This document shows, piece by piece, positions 22,100 through 45,279 of a stretch of 64,000 bases of DNA. The position numbers and the translations under genes are program-made. Location: the NCBI RefSeq assembly GCF_009914755.1, contig NC_060929.1; one strand, written 5' to 3'. The notes beneath the pieces are model-generated. The model had not been told where the DNA came from, did not search any database, and saw only the letters and a list, made by a program, of their open reading frames with translations. The first letter of the stretch is position 1. The number at the start of each line of letters is the position of its first letter. This DNA is from the human T2T-CHM13v2.0 reference genome, Homo sapiens.

Positions 22100-23340
22100 C
22101 CTCGGGCACAAATAGGTGAACGACCACACCCGCCTCCCGCTGTGGACTGAGATTCGCGGTGCGAGGGGTTCCCGGGTTGAGGACCTAAAACGCCGAGGAG
22201 TTCCAATTTGTCCTCGAGAACACGGGGTTTCTCCATTCGCGGCCGTCAACAGCACTAGATCACAGTTACATTTTTTTTCCTTTCGCGAAACCTCATTCGG
22301 TTCTCTTTTTCTTAAACGTTCCACAGGGAGTCCAGGTCCCCACCCACGCCCAAGGGAAAGGCCTTGCCGCGCCGCGGGTCACTGTCCCGGAAGCGGGAGG
22401 TTGCCACGTCCGGCCCCACCCTGCCCCGCCCCCTTTCCCGCTCCGCTCCGGGGCCGCCCTCTTTCCCTGCCTCGCGACACCCAGACCGAGACCTCGGGAA
22501 TGCTCCGGCCCCCTGCCGCCGTCTCCCGGCCCGGTTCTCTTTCACTAAAAATAGGCGATTCTGGCAGCGCCCCTCCTATGGGGCCTTGGGGGCAATTGGG
22601 GTTTTGTCTTAGAGCCCGTGTGGACCCGGATGGCGACGGCAGCCCGAGGAGAGGGAGGGCTGACTGTATGGTTGGCTTTCCGACGACCAGACCCTGCAGG
22701 ATTCGGCCTTTCCCTTTGGAGTTTTCCTCCATCCCCCTCCGTCCCTCCCAGGGGATGCCCGCAGGCCACAGTGGTCACTGAAGGTCAACCCTGAGCCGAA
22801 GGAGAAGTGGCCTCGACCCTGGGGACCCCTTCAGGTGCAGCTTGAGGGGGAACGGCCGCCTTTCCCGTTGGGCACCCAGCTGTGGCTGTGCCCTGTCCTC
22901 GCCCAGCTCCCGGCATAGGCATGCGCTCTGGGCCGGGGCCGGGGCCCCCCGCCTCCCCGGGAGGAATCGCTGGGTTGACTCTGGGTCAGCAAAGGGAGCC
23001 CGGCCCTTTCTAGCGGGGGGACGTCCTGCAGCCGCTGGAGGAGGCTGAGTCACGCTTTTCCCACCAGAAGTCTACCTGTGCCTGCGCCCGCCGGACCTGC
23101 CGGCCTCTTCCTTCTCATCCAGGGGGCCTCTTCTCCAGCCTCACGGAGGTGGGAAGCTTGCTGGAGGCCCCTACCTGCCTTTTGGGGAAGACCCCGAGGC
23201 TGGCCCACGCCCTGCTGGCAGGACCCTTCCTGACTGGGTCCACCGTTCTTCTGGGTCTCACCACTTCTCCCAGCCCCTGGGCTGCTTCCTCTCTCCCGTG
23301 TCTGGGACCCCAGAGGCACCACTTCCATTCCATACAAGGT
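22100..23340 (+). promoter_or_regulatory. CpG island, probable promoter and first exon of a + strand lncRNA (recalled as CTC-338M12.4)
   Basis: CpG-dense; ETS CCGGAAG at about 22388, GC boxes, palindrome TTTCGCGAAA at 22281-22290, strong donor AAG|GTAAGA at 23338/9; no credible coding ORF. Confidence 0.6.
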
Positions 23341-23356
23341 AAGAGTCCCAAGGAGA

Positions 23357-23952
<596 letters not shown>

Positions 23953-24576
23953 TTACGTACTTTAAGATGATGAGCAAAATCCTTACTGTCTCCCTGCAAA
24001 ATCCGTGTGGCTTCCTCTGGCGTGTCCCATACTCTTGTGTTTGTGGCCAGACTGGGCCTCCGCTCTTCCTCCAAACTCATTAGTTCTCTCCCACACAGAA
24101 CACACATTGTTCTGCCTGGAAGGCCCATCACATCCCTCCCCAACCCTCTCGGTTCAATCTAAGCTTTCTTGGGGTCTCAGCTTAGGTTGCCTGTTCAGGG
24201 AAGCCTCTGGGACCCTCAGGTCTAGGTCACATTTGTTTCATGCTTTCACAGCGGTGGTGTAGTGTATACTGGTTCTTCTTATCCCTCAGGTGTCTCCTCA
24301 CAAGGACTGCTCTGTTTCTGCTAAGTGTTGCATTCTCACCACCCAGTGGAGGCTTTGGCCTGTGGAAGATTCTAATTTTGGTGGCCAGCCTCATGGGTTG
24401 AAAAGTAAAGGTCAAGTAGTTAAAGGAAGGGCGTTCCAGGCAGAGGGATCAGCGTAGGTGCAGAGGTAAGGTAGGGATAGCTTTGAGGGCTCCTTAGGAG
24501 GGAGTGAAACCCCTGAGGGTCAAGGAGCCCTAGTTTGGAAGGCCTTGCTACTAAGGGATCTGGATTTTGTCCTGAA

Positions 24577-24684
24577 GCCTAGAGTAGTTTCTTTAAGAGT
24601 CTGATCTCGGCCAGGCCTAGAGTAGTTTCTTTAAGAGTCTGATCTCGGCCAGGCCTAGAGTAGTTTCTTTAAGAGTCTGATCTC

Positions 24685-24690
<6 letters not shown>
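24577..24690. repeat. Three perfect tandem copies of a 38-bp unit
   Basis: GCCTAGAGTAGTTTCTTTAAGAGTCTGATCTCGGCCAG at 24577, 24615 and 24653. Confidence 0.97.
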
Positions 24691-27298
<2,608 letters not shown>

Positions 27299-28254
27299 TC
27301 AGCAGGGGGAATCGCTATAGAGGATAAGCCTCCTTGTTCTTAAAGGCTATTTTTATTTCAGTTGGCTGTTTGGAGCTGTGTAAAAAAAAATGGAAAACAA
27401 CAATAACAACAACAAACAAACAAAAAAACCCTCCAAAGGGCTATTTCTAATTCAAATCCCCGAGGTGTCTATCTTTCCCCTTCCTTTGGGGGAGGGAGGA
27501 GGTGAGACAAGTAATAACTTAGAGGAACGTTTCCTTCCATCTTTGCAGGTCTCCTGATAGCAGGAACCTTGCTGCATCTCCTACACTTCTCAAGAGCAGA
27601 AATGAGCTCACTGCCCCACACCCAGGATTCTCATACCACACTTGAGGACTCTCTGGTTTGGACAGACTATGATTAAATTTATCACAACTGTTAGTTCTCA
27701 TGGTCTGGGAGGCCATCTCCTCTCCTCAGACCCTGTTACTCCTAGATCTGTCCTCTCATTAACTCTGTCAGCACAGGCTGCTCTCTCTTCCAGGACTCCA
27801 AGAGCTCCTCATCACCCTCATCTGCTGTAACACGGAAAGAACCCACTTACCTGCTTCAATACTAGGTTTTGCCCCCCATCCCATTTTCAAAAAGTCAGGC
27901 ACAAAGTAAAACCCTATATTTATTATCCCTCCTATTTTGAGGCTCCAGCTCTAGCCCCAGACCTTTTTTGATAGGAGAAGGTAATACAGTTTATTTTCTA
28001 ACTTGTTTCCCCTAGTTTTCTCCTGTCTCGTCACCCGTGTGATCCACGTGTATCAGAAGTGATAGGTGGCTCAAGATCATTTTGGTCAGATTTTAAAAAT
28101 AAAATATTTTCTCCTTTTATGTCTAAAAATATTACCTTACAGCCTACCGCTCCCAGCTGGAAAAAGAAAATTGTTTCATTTCTGTTTTTATCCTCCCCCT
28201 TGGACTTGCTACTCCCAAGGGCCCCAGGAAGAACTAGACTTTGGTTGTACAGAA

Positions 28255-28450
28255 CTGTGCTGTTAAATAGGATTTGATAGCCACTAGCTACATGTGGCTA
28301 ATTAAAATTAAATTAAATACTATCTTAAAAATTGAGTTCATGAGGTGCACTAGCCACATTTCAAGAGCTCAAGTCATATGTAGCTAGTAGTATCTACTGT
28401 ATTAGACAGCAGATACAGAATACTTCCATTGTTACATGAAGTTCTATTAG
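28255..28450. mobile_element. MER3-like hAT MITE
   Basis: tagccactagctacatgtggcta..gcactagccacatttcaagagctc..gtattagacagc pattern. Confidence 0.65.
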
Positions 28451-28903
28451 CTTGAATGTGGAGGACTAGCGTCTTTAGCTTCCTTTCTTATAACCCCATT
28501 TTACCAGCCAGCAAATATTTGCAATAACTTCACTGTTACAGGATAATTTTCAGAGGAGTTAGGAATTGGGGGTAGGAAGCAGCATAGAATCTACAAGTCT
28601 TATAGGAGTTTCAGGAGGCATGGCATAGAGGCCAGGGGTTGATGGTCAATGGCAAGAGCCTTAGGTTTTAAGAAAGTACTTTAGGGACTGATGTTATATT
28701 ACCAGGGCCACCTCCACTGTGGACTCAGTGGTTCTGCGTAATACCTGAAAACAAAAAATGACATCCCTACTGCTCTGCTGGAACTGAGTAGCTGAAGTGA
28801 TTGTTATTACTCAAAATCTCCAGAGCTTGATTTTGTAAACTGTTTATCTGTCACGGTTCTTGTTCTCCCAAATCCAAGTGACATAAGCAGCGGTAATGTT
28901 TAG

Positions 28904-30627
<1,724 letters not shown>

Positions 30628-31149
30628 TGTATCAGGTCTTTATGCCAAAATGAATCATGCAGTCTAGGCTCAGTAGGATAGTAAGGCTGTTAAATGTCTG
30701 ATAAATTGGGAAGGAAAAAATATGGAGTCAGTGAAACAGTGGGCTCCCTAAAGCTGAAGGGCAGGTGTAATTGGAGTGTGCTTAAGTGTATTGGAAGGCT
30801 AAGAGCTAAGGTCATAGTGCAATGGGAGTTGATTTCAGATGTGTAGCCAATCTGAAGATGAGATCCAGGGTACAGCCACAGAAGTAGAGGAACAAGTTTA
30901 AACAGTCTGACTTGTGATACAGCAGTGAACAGCTGAACCTAATAGGGAAGACATTCAATAAACAGGTGAGCTGTATGTTTTTCCTCAATGTTTTTGTAAC
31001 CCACACTTCTACTTTTCATATACCTGAAAATCTCACATTTGCCCCTCCATTTACAATTTCAAAATTAAGTATCATGATTGAAATTAATGAAAGCAGTAGT
31101 AATTTTAGAAGGAAAAAATTTATTCAGATGATGTGATAGCCATGTCACT

Positions 31150-33100
31150 GTTAAGCCTGAACTTTTCTTTCCTGGGTGGTGTGAAAGGTGCAAGAAAACA
31201 CAAGCTGCTTTTAATAACACTCTTGCACTGCTTTCTCCCCAAAGCTAGATATATCAAAACATTAAAAAATAAAAAAGCTTTTTAAGGTGTAAGGAGCAAA
31301 TGGAATAGTGGATAAAGCCTTTTCATCTGTTTAGTCATTTTACACCCAAGTTTCTCTGGAGTATTTGCCTGGAAGTTTCTAATCAAAACCATTAGACTTT
31401 GAGTTTCACAAACTCCTCTTGAAGCTCTTCCAGTGAGGCCTGCACATCGGTATGAAACACATTCTTTCCAAAAGCTACCACTGGTAGATTTTAAGAACAA
31501 GCTCAGGAGCACATCACTCAAAATAATTCCAAGTATTTCACTTTTTCCCTTCAAATAACACTCATGAATCTGGTCCTTGAAAGACTAGCCAAGAAAATTA
31601 GACATTTTTAGCATTAGTTTGCTCATACATACATTTGCTATATTTTTATGGTTGTATTTTTGGCAAGTTTTGTTTGATGTATTTCATAATGAACGGCGAA
31701 ATTGGTGTTTGCCCATTGACATTTCAGTGTCAATGTATTTTAAGCTTCAGTGTGTTAAAACTCTGTTGAAAATTTTAACTTTTGAAATGTTCAAGTATAG
31801 ATTATTTTTCATTGTTCTTCCAACCTTGGGGTTGTTCTGTCCACAAGTTCAGCAGAATCCGTTTTTCTTTGGCAACCAAGAAACTTCAATATGTAACAGA
31901 AAACATGGAATGGCATTTAGATCTTCAAAAAGCAGGGCAAACTGGAATGGAATGTACTGTTTCTCACAGTGGTCTATGCTGACAGCAAGGCTGAAGATTT
32001 CCAGTAGGTTATGGGTAATCAGTGAAAGTTCATGCTTGGTGGTGACAGCTGCAGTACATCTTGAATACCAGTTTTCTTCAATCTTTGCCAAAAACCCAAA
32101 TTTAACACAGTTTGCTGTAGTGCCATTAAGATATACTCCTATACAATTTCCTCCAACTCGGTTCATTTGATACAGCTGCAAAAATACTGTCTTTGGTGGT
32201 CAAGTAGAAGGCTCACGAAAACAGCACACCCACAGTTTTGAAAGCCTTATTCTGAATGTAAGCAAAGTACAGTTTTCTTCATCAGTAGATTCATCTCAAC
32301 CAACAGCAATAAAAGATGAGCCGATTTTTTTTTTTTTTTGAGATGGAGTCTTGCTCTATTGCCCAGGCTGGAGTGCAGTGGCTCAGTCTCGGCTTACTGC
32401 AAGCTCCGCCTCCCAGGTTCATGTCATTCTCCTGCCTCAGCCTCTTGCGAGCTGATGTTTTTTAAGATCTGAAGTTTGATATATACAGTCATTAATTCAG
32501 AGTTAAGACTGCAGAAGTAGATGAAGAAATTCTGGAATTCCTTAATTTATTTGTGGCAGCACTCAGAATGCAAGGTTTCACAAGTGTCTCCATTTTTTTC
32601 TCCTTTGCAATTAAAAGGGCTGTTTAATATTAAGCTTTCACGGCTTGGAAGATTCCTGTGAATATTTCAATACTGTCCAGTCTTAAAGCTGCAGAGAATC
32701 GGGCTTTGCAGAACACTCCACTGTTTTTAATGGCATGAATTTAACAGTGTTTGGCATGGTGTCACTGCCCAACACTTTCAGATAACTCAACTGAAGAAGT
32801 TGACCCTATCTTCTGCAAAATAACATGAGTATATACTTGAGAAAAGCCTCAACATTTTTTTTTGGCTGCCATTTTTAGCTACCTCAAAGGAGATAACAGA
32901 AAAACAAGGAGTACTGATGATGGAAGCATCTGGTCCCTCTTGCAGAGTGATGAATGATTTTATTGGTGGCAGCTGGGTGGCAGGACAATCCAGGCATCCA
33001 GTTATGCCTGATCCCCAATAAGTGAAATCTTTGTTCATTTTCTTTTTATACACCCGTCTGCTTCCTAAAACCTGACACCATTTAATGGTGCCCTTGGTCA
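31150..33100 (-). mobile_element. Fossil hAT (Charlie/Buster-type, ZBED5/ZBED8/FAM200-like) transposase coding region
   Basis: Ordered degenerate motifs on -: ALLIAKEKK-METLVKPC (32570-32620), DESTD (32281-32295), NCIGVYLNG..FGFLAKIEE, FLLHIEVSWL (31873-31899), EELQEEFVKLK (31398-31430), EKALSTIPF (31298-31324). Contains stops, frameshifts and an Alu insertion. Confidence 0.8.
32325..32443 (-). mobile_element. 5'-truncated AluY right arm inserted in the transposase fossil
   Basis: Poly-T plus Alu 3' end; GAGC(C/T)GAT duplicated on both sides. Confidence 0.85.
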
Positions 33101-33366
33101 AATCTAAATGATCTTACTTTCATAATTCTTTGATTCTAGCTTGCAGAGTCAAGACGAACTCTAACTCATGGGATGGACAAACTGGAAGATGTAAAATAAG
33201 TAAGGCTTTCTGGGCCAAAAAGCCTCTTCTTACAGAAAATCAAATTTTAAAAGAACATTGACCTCAAAACAATAAAACTGTCCTGGTTATGCAATAGAAA
33301 TAGCTATATAAATGGAATCATATCCTTAATGAACACCTCCTGTGGCTACCCAACTTTTCACACATC

Positions 33367-33447
33367 TTACTGATTATAGGCCTTGCTGTGAATGCTTTCT
33401 TGCTCTATCTGAAGTATTCCCACCAGAGTTGTTTCCAACTTTATTTC
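33367..33447 (-). CDS. TRIM52: TRIM52 terminal coding exon (26 aa)
   Basis: atag|GAA phase 0; EIKLETTLVGILQIEQESIHSKAYNQ then TAA; with exon 1 this gives 297 aa, matching the recalled TRIM52 C-terminus. Confidence 0.85.
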   Translation of the reverse strand, partial: EIKLETTLVGILQIEQESIHSKAYNQ

Positions 33448-33661
33448 CTATATTATGAAAAATGAAGTTTTTTTAACATTGTAACAAAGTATATGAAAGA
33501 TAATGTATACTGTATTAAATAAACCATTATACAAAAATAGTTCCTTGTACTGTTAACTATTATTATGACTTTGGTCAGTAAAATTCTAAATCATGCGACT
33601 ATAATTTACATGTTTACCAATGGAAGGAAGTGACAATGAACTGCCTAAAGAATGAAAGAGA

Positions 33662-34399
<738 letters not shown>

Positions 34400-35953
34400 C
34401 TAAAACCCAGAAGCATAGGACATAAGTTTTTTCCATGGGATACTTTAGTTATCACCTTGGGTGAAAACATGGTACTAGGATTTGTCCTTCAAGTCAGGTT
34501 AATGTAACAGAGGTAGCAGTGACTTATGGTTAGATTTGTGCCTTAACTGTGCACTTCCCAATATTTGCTATAAAATGGGGGCAGGGGGGTGATAATAATA
34601 TCTAATACATGAAGCCTGTAGGACAGTGCTCTGTGTTTGTGTTTTGACTGCAACTCAAAGAAAGCAATATATTTTTAGATGAAGTATATACATGTATATA
34701 TATATAACTTAAAAGTTTCATAAAGCAGTACTTACCCTTACTATGTTCCATGTGTTCTAATATTTTCTCTTACTTCATTTTGAGATAATGCTAGGCATGA
34801 CCCATTTATTTTAAGACACACTAATTGGTCAAAAAACAATTTGAAAACCACGGCTATAGGAGAACACGAGGAAATATATTTTATAAACTGTAAAGCACTA
34901 CTAAGACGTGAGCAGCGGCTGCTGCATATCCAGGTCAACCTTTATGGGCCTGAAGACAACCTCTCCTTCGTTTGGGCACTGCTAGGAGTCAAATCTACCT
35001 AGACTTTTGGTAAGGAAGATGGTACTCATGCTCATTGTCATTGAGACAATTATCTAATGCTTAGAAGTCAAGACTAGAAAGCAAGGCATTAACCATATCA
35101 GCACCCAAACAAGGGAAGACAAGTTACAAGAAAGCCAAATAAAACAGCAAACATTTGTTTAGTGCTTTATGGTTAACATATATGATCTCTTTTAATCCTT
35201 ACAATCCTAGGGAAAAAGTGAAGCTCAAGGAGGTTGACACCTGCCCAAGACTAGACAGTAAGTGGCAGAGCCAGGTCATCTGATCCTAAATCCCGCACTC
35301 CTTCCACTATGATAAAATACCAGGAAAGAAAAGTGATCAGGATATGAGGCACATTCTGATCCATCAAAGATGCTTATATGCTTTGCCTTTCTCTAGAAGG
35401 AAAACGGACCCCACTGAAGGTAGAGATGCAATCCCAGACTTTCAGAGGGGGGGTGTGGCCAATTGCTATCAGTAGTTTAGGACTCACATCTGGCATTTCT
35501 GTCTACCAATACATCTATTTTGACACTGCTTGTGCTGAGGTCCCAAATGTCTATTATCTCCAAGTACTGTGGCTTTCTATTCCTATCTGTACCTGTCCCA
35601 GGGAATTGGTCAAGGACTCACATTAGGGAGAAATGAAGTACTGGGTATCTGTTACTCACGTCCCTTACACTTAGGTAGACTGCCAGTATTAGCAGTAGTG
35701 GTCCGCTTCCAGTGACCGTCATATTATCTGTTCAGCTTCCTCTGGGGAAGCCAATCTGCCCCAATCTTCATGGTTTTGTGTCTCCTTTTTTACCCATATG
35801 ACCATCTCTCTCCACCGTGTCTCCCTCATCAAATAAAGAGAAGTTTAGCAACTAAGTACCTGAGGAGGTGGGAAAGGAATGCTACTCATTCCTCAGCTCT
35901 CCTAGTTACCTTTCCACTCCCTTCATCCCCCCACATTCCCTCATTTCTCTCAC

Positions 35954-36766
35954 CTGGTACTCCTGCACCACCTCCTCCAAAGGCAGCACGCTGTGCTGTT
36001 TGTGGCTCCTGGATTCTCGGCACACCACACAGATGGCCTCTTTGTCCACCTCACAGAAGAGTTTCAGGGCTTCCTGGTGTTTAAAGCACATGCCCTGATC
36101 ATTACTCCGGTTTCCCCGATAAGGAGTGGGGCACATCTGGCGAATTATCTGGACCATGTTGGCCAGCTGCAAGTTGGGACGAAAGCTGCGACGTGTAAAG
36201 CTCTTTCGGCACTGGGGGCAGGTGAACTGCCCTGGAAGGGGCAAGGAAGGAGGCGGGTGGATGTCAGGATACAGCTCTTCATCTTCGTCCTCATCGTATG
36301 CTTCCAGTATTTCTTCTTCTCGGTAGACATCAATTCTCAGGTCAGGTCTCAAGCCTCCTAGGTAATAGTCCTGATCTTCCTCTTCTTCTTCTTCCTCCTC
36401 GTCCCACATATAGTCTACGTTGTCCCAATTAGTTATACCACTGTCACCGAGCCAGAGTTCATCGTCATCTTGGTCTTGGAACAACTCTTCGTCAGCATTC
36501 CCCCGATACAACACCTCTCGAATGGAGCCGTCCCATCCATCCATGGCCCCCACCGCTTCCTCGTCCTCCTCCTCCTCCCATTCATCTTCCTCCTCGTTCT
36601 GGTCCTCCTCGTCCTCCTTACTCCACAGCTGGGTCACACACCCTCGGCAGAAGTTGTGCCCACAGCTGATGGACACGGGGTCCTTGAAGTAATCCAAGCA
36701 GATGGCACACACCGCTTCCTCCTGAAGGGTCTGCATGGGGCTGGGAGTAGTGGCATAACCAGCCAT
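35954..36766 (-). CDS. TRIM52: TRIM52 exon 1: RING with acidic loop plus B-box (no coiled coil or SPRY)
   Basis: ORF 35906..36766 [27 protein letters not shown]...; highly similar to TRIM41 exon 1; donor CAG|gtgaga at 35954. Confidence 0.96.
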
Positions 36767-37169
36767 CTTAATGCCCGCCGGCAGGTGTAGATACGTCAGC
36801 TTGGAGCTGAGGAGCGGGGACGCGCCTGCAGGCCTGCCTCCAAACTACTCTGGTGACCCGAGGCTGTCCTCAACCTTGCTCTTCTTCCTCGGGGCCGCAG
36901 GGGAGCTTTGACCCCCTCTCTCAGGGTGCGAACGCCCAGATCCAGACTCACAGCCTCTCTCTGGGATCGGTGGGGACAGAGCAGGCTGCAGCCCCCAGCT
37001 GCTCGGTCCTGTCACGTCTCTCGCTACCCTCAGGGTGTGCCCTACACTGCGGCGTCCGCCTCAGATGCAGCCGCTGGCTACCCTGCCCGAGGCGACGCAA
37101 AATGACGTCTCGCTCCTGCACACGCTCTGGAGAGACGCTCTAGGCCGGCGGAGGACCACGTCTCTATGG

Positions 37170-40999
<3,830 letters not shown>

Positions 41000-42762
41000 G
41001 CCAAGGGGAAGGCCCAACCCTAGCCTTGTCTTCTTTCTCCTCTTTGTGGAGAAGCTCACAGATGTGGGTGTAGCAGAAGTGTGACTGCGGCCCACGCTGC
41101 CTCCCTGCGTCTTCTCACCTTCTCCTTGCCCTGCGCTGTCACACCAGCGAACGAACCACACAGCCTCCCCTCAAGGCAAAAAGCCGGGGTCAGGGGTCAA
41201 CCTGCCAGCTGCCCACGCCGAGGGTTTGACAGCCTCAGCTAGGGCTCTCTAGGCTCCTCCTCTCCACAGTCTTTAACGGGGAGGAGGCCCGGGGCAATGC
41301 TGCTGGCAGAGGAGGAGTGGGCTCTAGGTTAGGGAGAAGTGTGGCTGTGCACTGAATTGCTCTTGGCAGTAGCTCACTGAGACTAACTCGGGGGAAGGCA
41401 CTGTTGGTCCTGGCCTGGGAAAACACGGAAGAGGGCTAGAGGGAGTGAGCTGCAGTGCATTGCGGGCAGGGTCCTGCAGGCTCCCAGGGTCTCGGCCCCA
41501 AGAGACAGAACCCCTGCCCTGCCTGGCCGTAAATTAGATGAGGCTGAGAGGAGCAGGGGCTGGAGCTGGTTTTCTCGGAGCCTCTGCAGCGCTAGGCCTT
41601 AAGCACACAGCCCCTTCACTCTTCCCGGCCCATGCACCAGGGAGAGGACACGAGGTGGAGTGGCCTGGCCCCTCTGTCCATCCAATCTCTGGCTGCAGTA
41701 GGAGAGAGGGCCCCTGCATGCATCATCATCAATTCCAAAGGGCTCCTAGGTTTGTGGGAATTTCAGGCCAGGCAGGTGGTGGGAGAAGGAGACTGAGCTC
41801 AGGTTCTTCCCCTAATCAGAGTGAAGATCAAAACACCCTGCTCCTGAGTTCCCTGCATCGGTACCTTCCCTGAGGACAGGAGACGGGGGACCAGGATGGG
41901 AGAAGGTCAGGAGAGAGCTGGGGTTGACTCCCAAGGCCCAGGTTACAGCCCCCTGCTCTCAGCCCCATCTCACGGTAGGCCCCTCCCCGGTGTGGGCCAG
42001 TCCAGCCTGCCCAAGTGAAATGACCAACGTGCCAGAAAGTTTAATTTCAAGGTTTAAACAATAATAAGTAATACATACTGAAAACAAAACATACATATGC
42101 CTCAGACCCAGTGACTCCACCCTAAACCCTATGCCCAGAGGCAAGAAATGCATGCTTATGTTCACCAAAAGATGGATACAGGTGATCAAGGTGCTGTTCC
42201 TAATACTTCCAAACTGGAAACAGCCCTCCTATCAACCAGAGAACACATAAGCACATTTGGCCTATTTACATGATGGAATATTTACATCAAAGTGAGAATG
42301 AACTTACTACATGCTATGTCATGGATGCATCTCATAGACGTTAAGTGAATTAAGCCTGGCATAAGAGCATCAGACTGTACGATTCCATTCTCTGATGCTC
42401 ACAACAGACAAAACTACTCCAGGGCCAGAGAAGGCAAGACCGTGGTTACGTGGGGGTGGAGAATGAGTACAGTGGACTCAGGATTTCTGGGGATGCTCCA
42501 TCCATCTCCTGTTCTGACTGTACGCTTTGAAAATTCATTTCAGCTGCAAATGTATGATTTGTGTCTTTCTGTGGAGATATCACATTTCAAGCAGAGCAGA
42601 TAAAGAACTACCAATATTCCCAGAGTCTGTAATAGTCAAACCTGCCACAAACCTACAACCAGGCCTGATGCAGACCCACTGGTCACGTTCACTGTGTCCA
42701 GCTGGGACTTCTGGAATCTAAGAGACAGTGCCCAGCTGAATTACATAAGCCCCCCAAAAGAA

Positions 42763-44095
42763 CAAAACCACCTTTGCCAAATTATGAACAATGAGTGAAA
42801 CCTACCACGACTGGTGAAGGGGTGGCCTGTCCCTCCACACTTGTGGGCGTTTCTCGTCGGGTGGAACGAGAGACTTGAGAAAAGAAAGACACAGAGACAA
42901 AGCGTAGAGAAAGAAAAGTGGGCCCAGGGAACCGGCACTCAGCATACGGAGGACCTGCGCCAGCACCAGTCTCTGAGTTCCCTCAGTATTTATTGATCAT
43001 TATTGGGTGTTTCTCAGAGAGGGGGATGTGGCAGGACAATAGGGTAATAGTGGGGAGAGGGTCAGCAGGAAAACGTGAACAAAGGTCTCTGCATCATAAA
43101 CAAGGTAAAGAAAAAAGTGCTGTGCTTTTGATGTTCATATACACAAACATCTCAATGCCTTAAAGAGCAGTATTGCTGCCAGCATGTCCCACCTCCAGCC
43201 CTAAGGCGGTTTTCTCCTATCTCAGTAGATGGAATATACAATCGGGTTTTACACCGAGACATTCCATTGCCCAGGTACGAGCAGGAGACAGATGCCTTCC
43301 TCTTATCTCAACTGCAAAGAGGCCTTCCTCTTTTACTAATCCTCCTCGACACAGACTCTTTACGGGTGTCGGGCTAGGGGACAGTCAGGTCTTTCCCTTC
43401 CCACGAGGCCATATTGCAGACTATCACATGGGGAGAAACCTTGGACAATACCTGGCTTTCCTCAGCAGAGGTCCCTGTGGCCTTCAGCAGTGTATTGTGT
43501 CCCTGGGTACTTGAGATTAGGGAGTGGTGATGACTCTTAAGGAGCATGCTGCCTTCAAGCATCTGTTTAACAAAGCACATCCTGCACCGCCCTTAATCCA
43601 TTTAACCCTGAGTGGACACAGCACATGTTTCAGAGAGCACGGGGTTGGGGCTAGGGTTACAGATTAACAGCATCTCAAGGCAGAAGAATTTTTCTTAGTA
43701 CAGAACAAAATGGAGTCTCTTATGTCTACTTCTTTCTACATAGACACAGTAACAGTCTGATCTCTTTCTTTTCTCCACAGACTGGCCCACCTGGCTTCTA
43801 ACCTTATAGGCTGTTTTGGTATTTTTCTCTTGGTTATTCTAGCACTGAGGCCAAAATAACTATGAGAGGGATTTAGTTTATAGTTAAACTTGGAGGCAAG
43901 GGAAACGAACCCCCTCCACCCCATCCAGAGATTCGGGCTGCATTCACATGACAAGGTTAGTATTATGGCAGGGGCTTGGACCTTGCTAAAGAATAGGAAT
44001 AATTAAGCACTGATTGCTGTCGCTTAGCAGGTTTTCTGTAAGTTACCGACTGCCCCAGAGTCACATAACTGAGGACTGCAAGATTTATAACTTCC
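42763..44095 (+). mobile_element. Old ERV1 LTR (LTR8-like) interrupted by an HML-2 LTR
   Basis: aaaccacctttgccaaattatga...cttctaacct...ttagtttatagtt resembles the LTR8 5' part, continuous across the insertion. Confidence 0.6.
42815..43779 (-). mobile_element. HERV-K(HML-2) solo LTR (LTR5, 965 bp)
   Basis: Minus strand begins TGTGGAGAAAAGAAAGAGATCAGACTGTTACTGTGTC and ends GGCCACCCCTTCA; perfect 6-bp TSD GACTGG (42809-42814 and 43780-43785). Confidence 0.93.
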
Positions 44096-44159
44096 GGGCC
44101 GGGCTCAGTGGCTCCCGCCTGTCATTCCAGCACTTTGGGAGGCTGAGGTGGGTGGATCA

Positions 44160-44450
<291 letters not shown>

Positions 44451-44983
44451 TCATAGAAGCAGCTGAAAATGTTATCTAAGACTACCTCTAAGCAAACTTC
44501 TAGAAACACACACATGCATACCTGCCAAAAATGTTTAGCCTGAATCTAATCAAGCTCTCCATCCTAATGTGCAGTTTGTAGGAATCTGGGGAAACAGAGC
44601 AAGAACATGTTAAATGACACTTCCAGGAAACAAAGACCCAGAATGAGGGACATTTTCCAAGACAACAGCCCGGTTTTCTTCCAAAAGTCAATCGAAAAAT
44701 AGGCAAAGGACACAAGCAATTCACCAAAGAAATGCCACATCCAATATACCTTCAATAAATATGTTCACTTACAAGCAATTGAAGACATGCTCGTTACAAA
44801 CGTTAAGAAGAAACCACTTTTCAAAGTGGCAAAAAAAAAAGTCTTTATAGATAGCACTGAATGCAGACAGAAGTACTGAGATGGACTAACCCACAGGCGC
44901 ACAAATAAGAACTCCCTTCTGAAAAGCCAGGTACCAATTACAATCCATAAAAATGACTCAGTGCTAACATGTATGAATCCATC

Positions 44984-45279
44984 TTTTTTTTTTTTTTGAG
45001 ATGGAGTCTCGCACTGTCATCCAGGCTGGAGTGCAGTGGCGCGATCTCGGCTCACTGCAAGCTCTGCCTCCCAGGTTCACGCCATTCTCTTGCCTCAGCC
45101 TCCTGAGTAGCTGGGACTACAGGCGCCCGCCACCACGCCCGGCTAATTTGTTTGTATTTTTAGTAGAGACAGGGTTTCACTGTGTTAGCCAGGATGGTCT
45201 CGATCTCCTGACCTTGTGATCCACCCGCCTCGGCCTCCCAAAGTGCTGGGATTACAGGCGTGAGCCACCGCGCCCGGCC
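44984..45279 (-). mobile_element. AluY with TSD
   Basis: TSD A(T/C)GAATCCATCTT. Confidence 0.92.

Noticed and set aside
22116-22781. 221-aa ORF in the CpG island (similarly 37401..38267)
   Set aside because: Arg/Pro/Gly-rich, non-ATG or Alu-derived start, and expected by chance in GC-rich DNA.
31619-32170. 183-aa + strand ORF
   Set aside because: No recognisable domain; it is the shadow of the - strand transposase fossil.
32787-33101. 104-aa ORF as an intact alternative TRIM52 exon
   Set aside because: The only in-frame acceptor (CCAAG|GGC) is weak and the BED-finger ligands are degenerate; treated as part of the fossil.
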